Of a stretch of 38,862 bases of DNA, positions 18,014-29,993 are shown piece after piece (position 1 is the stretch's first letter; each line of letters starts with the position of its first letter). The stretch comes from Thermoplasmatales archaeon SW_10_69_26 (GTDB lineage: Archaea > Thermoplasmatota > SW-10-69-26): the NCBI GenBank assembly GCA_003009755.1, contig PXUB01000040.1:1-38862 (forward strand), in the 5' to 3' direction. Made by a program: the position numbers and the translations under genes. The notes under the pieces are model-generated. The model made no database searches. It worked only from the letters and a program-made list of their open reading frames with translations, and was not told the origin of the DNA.

Positions 18014-18667
18014 TCAGGGCTCCCAGCCACCGCCGGGCCCTTCGAGGGTCGGGCCAAGGCTTGCATCCGGGTCCTCGCGCTCGAGCACGAGGCAGCTGGC
18101 CAAGTGGTCGTGCAGGGCCTGGTTGCGCTCGCTGGAGAAGACCATCAGGAACCCCAGGCCCAGCGGCAGCGCGGACAACAGCTTGCCGACGTAGCGACCG
18201 GTGGCGCGCAGGAACGAGATCGGCTCGCCCTGCTCGTCGGTGACCTGCAGGCCCAGCAGGTGCTTGCCGAGCGTGGCCTGCAGGGTCGAGCTCTCGAACG
18301 AGGCGAAGTAGGTCCACGCGATCACGCCGTTCAGGGCGTAGTAGGGCCACAGCTCATCCAAGGCCGCCGGTGCCAACGGATCGATGTCGGCAGGCGGCTG
18401 GCCGCCGAGGATGGCCTCGGCCGCCACCGTGGTCGCCACGAAGATCACGACCGCGTCGAGCAGGTAGGCGCCCAACCGCCGCCAGAAGCTGGCCGGGGTC
18501 TCCCGGCGAGGCGCCGCACCGGTTGGACTGGGCTGGGGAGCCGGCTCGGGGGTGTCGGTCTCGGCGCCGAGGTCGACCTCGGCGCCGATCGCCGACCCGG
18601 AGCCGCGGTGGACGTTCTCGCCGCCTCGCTCGTCGGGGTCGTCCCAGGAGCCCGGCTGCGTGGTCAC
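18014..18667 (-). CDS. RDD family membrane protein
   Basis: ASFWRRLGAYLLD, QATLGKHLLGLQV, QALHDHLA. Confidence 0.9.
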   Translation of the reverse strand: MTTQPGSWDDPDERGGENVHRGSGSAIGAEVDLGAETDTPEPAPQPSPTGAAPRRETPASFWRRLGAYLLDAVVIFVATTVAAEAILGGQPPADIDPLAPAALDELWPYYALNGVIAWTYFASFESSTLQATLGKHLLGLQVTDEQGEPISFLRATGRYVGKLLSALPLGLGFLMVFSSERNQALHDHLASCLVLEREDPDASLGPTLEGPGGGWEP

Positions 18668-18742
18668 GGGCGGGGAACCGGTTCCCCCTCTTTCGCGTTA
18701 CGGCCGGCCGGTGGCTGCCGGCCCGCGGGGTGGCCGGCTGGC

Positions 18743-19822
18743 CTACCCGTCGAAGCCGTCCTCGTACCAGAACGTGCCATCCCGCTGGACGACCTCGCCG
18801 TCGACCTCGATGCGCGAGCCCTCGCCCATCGTCTTGATGAAGTCCTGGTGCACGGCGGACTCGACCTCGCCGTTACACTCCTTGTAGGCCCGACCCAGCG
18901 CGAGGTGGATCGTGCCGCCCATCTTCTCGTCGAGCAGGATGTTCCTCGTCGGCCGGTCGATGCCGCGGTTCATGCCGATCCCGAGCTCCCCGAGCTTGTC
19001 GGCGCCCTCGTCGGTCTCGAGCAGGCTCTCGAGCGCTTCCTCGCCGCGCTCGGCGCTGTACTCGACGACCTGGCCTTCCTCGAACGTGAGGTGGATGCCC
19101 TGCACCTCCCGCCCCTCGACGACGGCGGGCAGGTCGATGTAGGCCTCGCCGGTCGTGCCGTCGAGGATCGGCGCGGTGAACGCCTCCCCGCTGGGCAGGT
19201 TCTTGTCGCCGATGCTGGCGACGAAGTGGCGATCGGTGACCGGCATCGTGAGGTCGGTGCCTTCCCCGACCAGGCGGACCTCGTCGGCCCCGTTGAACCG
19301 ATCGGCCACGCGCTCGATCTCCTGGGCGAACTCGGCCCAGTCGATCAGTACCGCGTCGTAGTACAGATCGGCGAAGGCCTCGGTGCTCATGCCGGCCTCC
19401 TGCGCGAGCGCGTCCGTCGGGTGCATCGTCAGGCACCAGCGCTTGGACAGGCGCTCTTCGCGGATGTCCTCGACCGCCTTGCGGCGCCGAGCCTGGGCCT
19501 GGCTGGGCACGTCGCTGGACTCGCGCGTGTTCTGGCCGGCGCGCAGGTGGACGACGACGTCGGCCGCCTCGGTCGCGGCTCGCGCGTGCGCCGGCTCGGT
19601 GGCGATCGTCTTGTCGTCGGCCCGACGCAGGAACGCGCGTCCGGCCTTGCCCGACTTGTAGGTGACCAGCGGCTGGCCGCCGCGGTCGGCGACCTCGCCC
19701 ACGAGGGCTCGGGCCAGCTCCTCGGCGCCCTCCTGACAGTGGATCATGACCTGGTCGCCTCGGGAGATGTCCGTGCTCCAGTCGGCGACGATCTCGGCGT
19801 GCTCGCGGATGCGCGCGTCCAT
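18743..19822 (-). CDS. M29 family aminopeptidase (AmpS/aminopeptidase T-like)
   Basis: NLPSGEAFTAP, LGELGIGMN, LLDEKMGGTIHLALG, SAVHQD. Confidence 0.92.
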   Translation of the reverse strand: MDARIREHAEIVADWSTDISRGDQVMIHCQEGAEELARALVGEVADRGGQPLVTYKSGKAGRAFLRRADDKTIATEPAHARAATEAADVVVHLRAGQNTRESSDVPSQAQARRRKAVEDIREERLSKRWCLTMHPTDALAQEAGMSTEAFADLYYDAVLIDWAEFAQEIERVADRFNGADEVRLVGEGTDLTMPVTDRHFVASIGDKNLPSGEAFTAPILDGTTGEAYIDLPAVVEGREVQGIHLTFEEGQVVEYSAERGEEALESLLETDEGADKLGELGIGMNRGIDRPTRNILLDEKMGGTIHLALGRAYKECNGEVESAVHQDFIKTMGEGSRIEVDGEVVQRDGTFWYEDGFDG

Positions 19823-20076
19823 CGACGGGCGAGCGTGGTTCAGCCCTTCAAAGGATGTGGCCGTGGGCCTCGTCCGTCACGGCCCGGTGAGGCGTCCGAG
19901 GACCAGCTCCACCGAGGTCCCGCGATCCGCGGTCTCGGCGAGGGCAGGTCCACAGGGGATCGATCGGCTCGATGGGCTCGCTCGGGGGGCGGAGAGCAGG
20001 ACTGTGTCCCGCAGACACCGCGCTCGGTGCCTCTCTCGATGAACCCCTCCCTTCCATCCTCTGTGAGCTGTTTGAA

Positions 20077-20337
20077 TCATTCCCCGATCTTGTCGTAGAT
20101 CTCCTTGGCCTGCTCCTGGGCCTTGCCCTCGCCGACGTTCTTCTTGATCAGGACGCTTTGGACCTCCCAGTCGTCGGAGCCTTCCTTCTTGCCGGTGCGG
20201 ACCTCGGCGCCCTGCGAGACGGACTGGGCGGCGTTCTCGGCCCAGTCGGGTGTCCGGATCGTGTCGTAGTCGTCGGGGTCGTGGAACCGGACGTGCGTGT
20301 ACTCGTCCTCGGTCTCGACCTTGTCGATGCTGGCCAT
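20077..20337 (-). CDS. Small acidic hypothetical protein (86 aa), haloarchaeal-like
   Basis: [34 protein letters not shown]...; host-like codon usage. Confidence 0.8.
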   Translation of the reverse strand: MASIDKVETEDEYTHVRFHDPDDYDTIRTPDWAENAAQSVSQGAEVRTGKKEGSDDWEVQSVLIKKNVGEGKAQEQAKEIYDKIGE

Positions 20338-20540
20338 GGATGCCGGTAGTCGAGGGCCCGGTTTCAGGCACCCGCCCATCGAAGATGTACGGCCTTTCAT
20401 CCGAGCCCGTCACGGATCTCGCCGTATCGTCGGGCGTCCGTCATGGACGTTGCGTCCAACCCCGAAAGGAAGGGCCGTCTTCGGGAGGGGTGCACGGATG
20501 GCGAGGCCTCGATCCCGCGCGCACGCGCACACACGGAAGC

Positions 20541-20546
20541 TTTTAT
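20541..20546 (+). promoter_or_regulatory. Putative TATA box (TTTTAT) of gyrA
   Basis: AT-rich box preceded by the purine-rich GGAAGC, 60 nt upstream of the ATG. Confidence 0.55.
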
Positions 20547-20605
20547 CCCAGGGGTCTTGCATGGCCCCGCAAGGCGGGGATGGGGCCTGCCTCTGTTGTG
20601 ATTCC

Positions 20606-23146
20606 ATGCCGGAGGAGATCGACGAAGACGTAGCCGAGGACCTGCCAGGCGAACCCACCGACGTCGGGGACGCCACGGTCGAGGTCACGGTCGAGGAGGA
20701 GATGCGCAGCTCGTACATCGATTACGCGATGAGCGTCATCGTCGGCCGCGCCCTCCCCGACGTCCGCGACGGCTTCAAGCCGGTGCATCGGCGCATCCTG
20801 TACGCGATGGACGACATGGGTCTCAACAGCGACGGCCCGCACCGGAAGTCGGCCCGCGTCGTGGGTGAGGTGCTCGGGAAGTACCATCCCCACGGCGACA
20901 CGGCGGCCTACGACACGCTCGTCCGCATGGCCCAGGAGTTCTCGCTGCGCTACCCGCTCGTCGACGGTCAGGGGAACTTCGGCTCGATGGACGGCGACTC
21001 CCCCGCTGCCATGCGTTACACCGAGGCTCGGTTGACGCCGATCGCCGAGGAGATGCTGGCCGACATCGACGAAGACACGGTGGACTTCACGCCGAACTTC
21101 GACGCCTCGATGGAGGAGCCCACCGTCCTCCCCGGCAAGTTGCCGAACCTGCTCGTCAACGGGTCGGCCGGGATCGCCGTCGGCATGGCCACGAACATGG
21201 CCCCGCACAACCTGGGCGAGATCGTCGACGCGCTCGTCCTCCAACTGGACGACCCGGACGTCTCCATCCAACGGCTCATGCAGGCCGTGCCGGGACCCGA
21301 TTTCCCGACCGGCGGCATCATCCAAGGCACCGGCGGCATCCAGAAGGCCTACGCAACCGGGCGCGGCATCGTCCGCATGCGAGCCCGGATGCACGAGGAG
21401 GACGAGGGCGGCCGACTGGTCGCCACCGAGATCCCCTACCAGGTCAACAAGGCCAAGCTGGCCGAGGACATCGCCCAGCTCGTCCGCGACGGCAAGCTCG
21501 AGGGCATCAGCGACCTCCGCGACGAATCCAGCCGCGAGGGCGTGCGCCTCATCATCGAGCTCAAGCGCGGCGCCAACCCCGAGATCGTCAAGAACCAATT
21601 GTTCCAGAAGACCCAGCTCCAGGACAGCTTCGGCATCAACAACGTCGCGCTCGTCGACAACGAACCCAAGGTCCTGAACCTCAAGGAGCTGCTCCAGTAC
21701 TGGATCGAGCACCGGCTCGAGGTCATCGTCCGCCGCACCCAGTACCGGCTCGACGAGGCGCTCGACCGCGCGCACATCGTCGAGGGCCTGCTCACCGCCC
21801 TTCGCAACATCGACGACGTGATCGAGACGATCCGCGCGGCCGAGGAGACGGCCGACGCCCGCGAGGCCCTCATAGCGGACTTCGAGCTCACCGAGGAGCA
21901 GGCCCGCGCCATCCTGCGCATGCGCCTGTCCCGGCTCACCCGGCTCGAGCAAGCCAAGCTCGAGGACGAGCTCGAGGGCCTGCGCGAGGACATCGAGCGC
22001 TACCGCAACATCCTCGACGACGAGGAGCGCCAACGCGGCATCATCAAGCAGGAGCTGGTCGACCTCAAGGAGGACTACGACGACGAGCGCCGCACCGAGA
22101 TCCGCGAAAGCGAGGGCCAGCTCGTCATCGAGGACCTGGTCCCCGACGACCCGGTCGTCATCCTCCGCACCGACCAGGGCTACGTCAAGCGCGTCCCGCT
22201 GGAGAAGTACCGCGTGCAGCGGCGTGGTGGCCGTGGCGTCATCGGGATGGAGACCAAGGAAGGCGACCACGTCGTGGACGTGCTCACCTGCACCAACCAC
22301 GATCGGTTGCTGTTCCTCACCGAGGAGGGGATCGCCCACGACATGAAGGCCTACCAGGTGCCCGAGGGCGACCGCTACGCCCGTGGCTCCCCGGTGCAGA
22401 GCCTCTTCGAGCGCTGGGACCCCGACACCGACGTCGAGAAGATCCTCCCCGTCGACAGCTTCGACGAGGATCGGTTCCTGTTCTTCGCCACCCGGCAAGG
22501 CAAGGTCAAGAAGACGCCCCTCGACGAGTACGAGCGCATCAACGTCAACGGCAAGATCGCCATCCGGCTCGAGGACGGCGACCGGATCGTCGACGCCACG
22601 ATCACCGACGGCGACCGCGACATCGTGCTCGTCAAGACCAGCGGCAAGGGCCTGCGCTTCCCCGAGAAGCAGGTCCGACCCATGGGCCGGGTCGCCTCCG
22701 GCGTGAAGGGCACCGAGCTACGCGGGGACGAGGAGGTCGTCGGGCTCGTCGCAATCGAGGACCCCGACGAGACGCTGCTCACCGTCACCCGCCAGGGCCA
22801 GGGCAAGCGCACGCCGTTCTCCTCCTACCGCCCGAAGAACCGCGGCGCCTGGGGCATCTACATGCACGACGTCGCGGAGGACGAGACCGGCCCGGTCGTC
22901 GCCGCCGTCGAAGCCCACGACGGCGACGAGATCGTGTTCACCTCCCGCGAGGGCGTCCTCATCCGCAGCCTCGCGGGGGACATCAGCCGCATCTCGAGCG
23001 GCCAAGCGATGGGCGTCATCGTGCAACGGCTCGAGGACGGCGACGAGACGGTCGCCGTCTCCCGGCTGACCGAGGACGAGCTCGGAGCCCTCGAGGACGC
23101 CGAGGACGAGGCCGACGCCGAAGAGGCCCCCGCCACGGAGGCCTGA
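20606..23146 (+). CDS. gyrA: DNA gyrase subunit A
   Basis: [27 protein letters not shown], catalytic AMRYTEARL, GyrA-box QRRGGRG, beta-pinwheel repeats. Confidence 0.97.
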   Translation: MPEEIDEDVAEDLPGEPTDVGDATVEVTVEEEMRSSYIDYAMSVIVGRALPDVRDGFKPVHRRILYAMDDMGLNSDGPHRKSARVVGEVLGKYHPHGDTAAYDTLVRMAQEFSLRYPLVDGQGNFGSMDGDSPAAMRYTEARLTPIAEEMLADIDEDTVDFTPNFDASMEEPTVLPGKLPNLLVNGSAGIAVGMATNMAPHNLGEIVDALVLQLDDPDVSIQRLMQAVPGPDFPTGGIIQGTGGIQKAYATGRGIVRMRARMHEEDEGGRLVATEIPYQVNKAKLAEDIAQLVRDGKLEGISDLRDESSREGVRLIIELKRGANPEIVKNQLFQKTQLQDSFGINNVALVDNEPKVLNLKELLQYWIEHRLEVIVRRTQYRLDEALDRAHIVEGLLTALRNIDDVIETIRAAEETADAREALIADFELTEEQARAILRMRLSRLTRLEQAKLEDELEGLREDIERYRNILDDEERQRGIIKQELVDLKEDYDDERRTEIRESEGQLVIEDLVPDDPVVILRTDQGYVKRVPLEKYRVQRRGGRGVIGMETKEGDHVVDVLTCTNHDRLLFLTEEGIAHDMKAYQVPEGDRYARGSPVQSLFERWDPDTDVEKILPVDSFDEDRFLFFATRQGKVKKTPLDEYERINVNGKIAIRLEDGDRIVDATITDGDRDIVLVKTSGKGLRFPEKQVRPMGRVASGVKGTELRGDEEVVGLVAIEDPDETLLTVTRQGQGKRTPFSSYRPKNRGAWGIYMHDVAEDETGPVVAAVEAHDGDEIVFTSREGVLIRSLAGDISRISSGQAMGVIVQRLEDGDETVAVSRLTEDELGALEDAEDEADAEEAPATEA

Positions 23147-23168
23147 CACCGCCGTCGGGCCCACCCCG

Positions 23169-23189
23169 GGCCCCGTCCGAAACGGGGCC
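23169..23189 (+). terminator. GC hairpin after gyrA (possible terminator or stabiliser)
   Basis: GGCCCCGT-ccgaa-ACGGGGCC perfect 8-bp stem; no U tract. Confidence 0.35.
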
Positions 23190-23270
23190 AGTCGCCTCCC
23201 TGGGAGACAGGATTTCGCCCCGCTTGCGAGGGTCTACCTCGAAGTTGAGGTGGGCCCAATCGGGGGTACA

Positions 23271-23309
23271 TTTATCTAAATGGGACGACTCAGGTGCGAT
23301 TGCAACCTG
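23271..23309 (+). promoter_or_regulatory. suf promoter (TTTATCTAAA) with an overlapping candidate Rrf2 operator
   Basis: TATA-like box followed by the imperfect palindrome AATGGGAC-N7-GTGCGATT and by CAGGT..ACCTG. Confidence 0.5.
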
Positions 23310-23328
23310 TGCCGCCGAGGAACACCCC

Positions 23329-23834
23329 ATGTTGAGGATCTCACGCCTAACCGACTACGCCTTCATCCTCCTGGCCGAACTCGCCGAGGCCGAGGAGGGC
23401 GAGGTGCTCAGCGGGAGCACGCTCGCAGAGCGCACGCCGCTTCCGCTACCCACGGTGCGCAAGGTCCTCAAGAAGCTCGGTCAGGAAGGCCTGCTGGAAT
23501 CCCACCAGGGGGCCCACGGCGGGTACGCGCTGACGCGCTCCGCCGACGAGGTCTCGGTGACCGAGGTCATCTCCGCCATGGAGGGCCCGATCGCCGTGAC
23601 CACGTGCACGGACGCCGACGAGGTCTGCGAGATCGAGGAGGCCTGTCCGACCAGCGAGAGCTGGAAGGTCATCAACGAGGCGATCCGCGCCACGCTGGAC
23701 GAGCTGACCCTGGCCGACCTCCACGGTCCCGACACCGAGACTGTGCAGGCGGCCCTCAGCCGAGCCGGTTCCTCGGGATCCGCCCCATCACCGGGGGGAC
23801 GCTCACCTGACGATCCCCCACGGAGGTCGAACCC

Positions 23835-23838
<4 letters not shown>
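23329..23838 (+). CDS. Rrf2/IscR-family SUF operon regulator
   Basis: [25 protein letters not shown], three Cys (C-x6-C-x5-C). Confidence 0.92.
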
Positions 23839-25292
<1,454 letters not shown>

Positions 25293-25327
25293 GCAAGATC
25301 AACACCGATACCAACGAGGAATCAACC

Positions 25328-26118
<791 letters not shown>

Positions 26119-26122
<4 letters not shown>

Positions 26123-27459
26123 CCCAGACCCAGCCACAGCTCGACGTCCACCTGGCCAACCGCCGCGAGATCGAGGGCCAGCTACCGGGTTCGACCGACT
26201 GGGTCAGCGACCTCCGACGCCGCGGGCTCGAGACGTACGAGGAGGAAGGCTGGCCCACCCAGGACGAGGAGGCCTGGAAGTACACCAGCCTGCAAGCGGC
26301 GCGCGAGACCGAGTACGCCTCCCCGCTGACGCTCGACGAGGCCGACGTCTCGCGTGAGGACCTCGCGGAGTTCACCTTCGATGCAACGACGGCTCAGCTC
26401 GTGTTCGTCAACGGCCGCTACCGCGCGGACCTGTCCAACCTCGACGCCGTGCCCGAGGCCGCCACCGTGCGCCCCCTCGCGGACGTGCTCGACGAGGACC
26501 CCGGCCGCGTCCGCGGCCTGCTCGGCGAGTACGCCGAGCCCGAGGACGAGCCGCTGACCGGGCTCAACACGGCCAACTTCGCCGACGGCGCCTACGTCGA
26601 GGTGCCCGAGACCGAGGTCGTCGAGGCCCCGATCCACGTCCTCTACCTCACCACGGACGTCGGCGAACCGATCGCCGTCCACCCGCGCACCCTGATCGTC
26701 GCCCACGAGAGCAGCCAGGTCCCCGTCGTCGAGACCTACGCCGGCCTCGACGACGTCGAAGCGTTCACGAACGCCGTGACCGAGGTTTTCACGGCCAAGA
26801 ACGCGACCGTCGACCACGTCAAGCTCAACCGGGAGAGCCCCGAGACGATCCACGTCGGCACGCAGGAGTTCGAGCAGGACCGCGACAGCGTCGTCCGCTC
26901 GAACACCGTCACGTTCGGGTCCAAGCTGACCCGCAACAACGTGTACGACATGCTCGTCGGCGAAGGCATCGATGCCAACCTCAACGGGCTCTACATGGGC
27001 ACCGACGACCAGCACATCGACAACTACACCCGCATCAGGCACGACGAGCCCCACGGGGACAGCCACCAGCTGTACAAGGGCATCCTCGACGACTCGTCGC
27101 GCGGCGTGTTCCGCGGCACGATCTTCGTCAGCCCCGGCGCGCAGAAGACCGACGGCTACCAGCACAACCCGAACATGATCGTCAGCGAAGACGCGCTGGC
27201 CAACAGCGTGCCCCAGCTCGAGATCTTCGCCGACGACGTGAAGTGCAGCCACGGCTCGACGACCGGTGACGTCGACGACAAGTGGATCTTCTACCTGCGC
27301 TCGCGCGGCCTCTCGGAGGACCAGGCCCGCGATCTGATCGTCTACAGCTTCGCCGGCGAGGTCGTCGAGGACATCACGATCGAACCCGCGCGCGACACCG
27401 TGCGGGAGCTCGTGCTCGACAACCTCGACCACGGTGACGCGGTGAGGGACGCTCTATGA
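26119..27459 (+). CDS. sufD: Fe-S cluster assembly protein SufD
   Basis: EAWKYTSL, GAQKTDGYQ, PQLEIFADDVKCSHG, FYLRSRG. Confidence 0.95.
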
Positions 27460-28721
27460 GCGGCTCCGGCAGCGTCGTCGAACCCCCCCCCCCCGGCTCG
27501 TCCCCGCTCGACGTGGACGAGATCCGGGCTGAGTTCCCCGCCCTGGACCAGCAAGTCCACGGCCGGGACCTGGTGTACCTCGACAACGCTGCCACCGCCC
27601 ACAAACCCAACCGCGTCATCGACGCCGTGCGCGAGCACGACCGCGCGACGAACGCCAACGTCCACCGCGGCGTCCACGCCCTCAGCCAACGCGCCACCGA
27701 CGCCTTCGAGGAGGCTCGCGACACCACGCGCGCCTTCCTCGGCGCCGAGGACCCCGAGGAGATCATCTGGACCCGCGGCACGACTGAGGCGATCAACCTC
27801 GTCGCCGACGCCTGGGCCCGCCGCGAGCTGGGCCCCGACGACGAGATCGTGCTCACCGAGCTCGAGCACCACTCCAACATCGTCCCCTGGCAGCGCGTCC
27901 GAGAGGAAACCGGCGCCCGACTCCGCGTCGTCCCGATCGACGACGACGGCGCCGTCGAGATGGACGCCCTCGAGGACGCCGTCGGACCCGACACCGCGCT
28001 CGTCACGCTCGCCCACGTCTCCAACGCGCTGGGCACGGTGAACGACGTGCACGCGGCCACCGAGATCGCCCACGACGCCGACGCGCTCGCGCTCGTCGAC
28101 GGCGCCCAAGCCGTCCCGCACATGGACGTCGACGTGCAGGACATCGGGTGCGACTTCTACGCCTTCAGCGGCCACAAGGTGTACGGCCCGACCGGCATCG
28201 GCGCCCTCTACGGCCGCCGGGAGCTGCTGGAGGAGATGCAACCCTACCAGGCAGGGGGCGAGATGATTCGCCAGGTCACCTTCGAGGAGACCACCTACGC
28301 CTGCCTGCCCGCCAAGTTCGAGGCCGGCACGCCGAACATCACCGGCGCCGTCGGCCTCGGCCACGCGCTCGACTTCGTCACCGACCACGGGCGCGACAGC
28401 ATCCGAGCGCACGAGGACCGTGTCCTCTCGGCCGCCACCGAACGCCTGGCCGCGATCGACGAGGTCGAGATCCTCGGCACCGCCGAGGACAAAGCCAGCG
28501 TGCTGTCCTTCGTGATCGAGGACGTCCACCCCCACGACGTGGGCACCGTGCTCGACCGCGAAGGCGTGGCCATCCGGGCCGGCCACCACTGCACGCAACC
28601 CGTCATGGACAAGTTCGGCGTGGCCGCCACCTGCCGCGCCAGCTTCGCCATGTACAACACGGTCGAGGAGACCGAGGCCCTCGCCGACGCCGTCCGAGAG
28701 GCGATCGAGATCTTCCACTAG
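27456..28721 (+). CDS. sufS: Cysteine desulfurase SufS
   Basis: VYLDNAATAHKP, EHHSNIVPW, FSGHKVYGPTG, catalytic RAGHHCTQP. Confidence 0.96.
   Translation: MSGSGSVVEPPPPGSSPLDVDEIRAEFPALDQQVHGRDLVYLDNAATAHKPNRVIDAVREHDRATNANVHRGVHALSQRATDAFEEARDTTRAFLGAEDPEEIIWTRGTTEAINLVADAWARRELGPDDEIVLTELEHHSNIVPWQRVREETGARLRVVPIDDDGAVEMDALEDAVGPDTALVTLAHVSNALGTVNDVHAATEIAHDADALALVDGAQAVPHMDVDVQDIGCDFYAFSGHKVYGPTGIGALYGRRELLEEMQPYQAGGEMIRQVTFEETTYACLPAKFEAGTPNITGAVGLGHALDFVTDHGRDSIRAHEDRVLSAATERLAAIDEVEILGTAEDKASVLSFVIEDVHPHDVGTVLDREGVAIRAGHHCTQPVMDKFGVAATCRASFAMYNTVEETEALADAVREAIEIFH
27483..27494 (+). repeat. C12 homopolymer in the sufS 5' coding region
   Basis: GAA CCC CCC CCC CCC GGC (12 C, in frame). 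Confidence 0.9.
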
Positions 28722-28730
28722 AGGGACACC

Positions 28731-29186
28731 ATGGTCGACGCCACCGATCTGTACCAAGAGATCATCATGGACCACACGAAGTCCCCCCGCAACTACGAGC
28801 ACCTCGCGGACGCCGACCACGAGGCCCAGGGGGACAATCCCCTCTGCGGGGACGAGCTGACCGTCTACATCAAGCTCGACGACGGCAAGGTCACCGACGT
28901 CACGTTCGAAGCCGATGGCTGCGCCATCTCCACCGCCTCCGCCAGCGTCATGACCGAGGCCGTCGAAGGCCGCGACATCGACGACGTGGAGGAGCTCGTC
29001 GAGACGTTCAAGAACCTCGTCACCGGCGAAGAGGACGCCAACGCCATCGACCCCGCCGAACTCGGTGACCTGGCCGCCCTCCGCAACGTGCAGAACTTCC
29101 CCACAAGGGTCAAGTGCGCGACCCTCTCATGGCATACCCTGCAGGCGGCCCTCAACGGTCGCGACGAGCCCGTCACCACGGAGTGA
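28731..29186 (+). CDS. sufU: SufU sulfur-transfer protein
   Basis: NPLCGD, GCAISTAS, RVKCATL, with the SufU-type insertion between Cys2 and Cys3. Confidence 0.95.
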   Translation: MVDATDLYQEIIMDHTKSPRNYEHLADADHEAQGDNPLCGDELTVYIKLDDGKVTDVTFEADGCAISTASASVMTEAVEGRDIDDVEELVETFKNLVTGEEDANAIDPAELGDLAALRNVQNFPTRVKCATLSWHTLQAALNGRDEPVTTE

Positions 29187-29190
29187 TCGC

Positions 29191-29754
29191 ATGCGGTCCC
29201 ACAACAACACCTGGATCGAGACCGAGCGCGATGTGCCCGCGACCGTCATCCCCAGCGGGGACGACGTCACGCTGAACGAGGGCACGAAGGTGATGATCAA
29301 CCAGGAGATGGGGGACCAGTTCACGTTGCGAACCCAGCGCGGCCACCTCGTCCGCATCGAAGCCGAGGACGCCGACGCGATCGGCCGCGAGCCGCCCTCG
29401 GGCGACGACGAGACCGACGCCACCGACGAGGAGCTCGAGGGCCCGGTCGAGGACCGGGTCTGGGACAAGCTATCCGAGGTCTACGATCCCGAGATCCCGA
29501 TCGACGTCACCGAGCTGGGCCTCATCTACGAGTGCAACGTCGAGGAGAACGACGACGGCAACCACGACGTCCACGTCGAGATGACGCTCACCGCGCCCGG
29601 TTGCGGCATGGGCGACGTCATGGCCCAAGACGCCATGCAGAAGGTCGAAAGCCTCCCCGACGTCGACGCCTGCGACGTCGAGATCGTCTTCAACCCGCCC
29701 TGGACCCCCGACCGCATGAGCGACGAGGCCCGCCTCGAGCTCGGCATGATCTAA
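29191..29754 (+). CDS. sufT: SufT (long form, DUF59 domain)
   Basis: RDVPATVIPSG N-domain, YDPEIPIDV..LGLIY, MTLTAPGCGMG, PPWTPDRMS. Confidence 0.93.
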   Translation: MRSHNNTWIETERDVPATVIPSGDDVTLNEGTKVMINQEMGDQFTLRTQRGHLVRIEAEDADAIGREPPSGDDETDATDEELEGPVEDRVWDKLSEVYDPEIPIDVTELGLIYECNVEENDDGNHDVHVEMTLTAPGCGMGDVMAQDAMQKVESLPDVDACDVEIVFNPPWTPDRMSDEARLELGMI

Positions 29755-29993
29755 GCCGGGCCCCTTACCGCTCGCCGGCCGCCGACCGATCCGCCCTCGG
29801 CCACGGCAGCCAGCCCCCTGCCTCTCTCACCTTCCTTGTTAACGTTCCCCTAAGCGGCCCTCCGCCCGCAAGGTCGAACGTTGCCTCCTCGCCGTTCACG
29901 GGTCGGACGGCTCGTCCCTCGTCATGAGGCGCTCGTCCGCCCTGGGCCCCCCGCGAGCCCCTACTTATGCTGGACCCGGGGAGCCTGGGGGTG

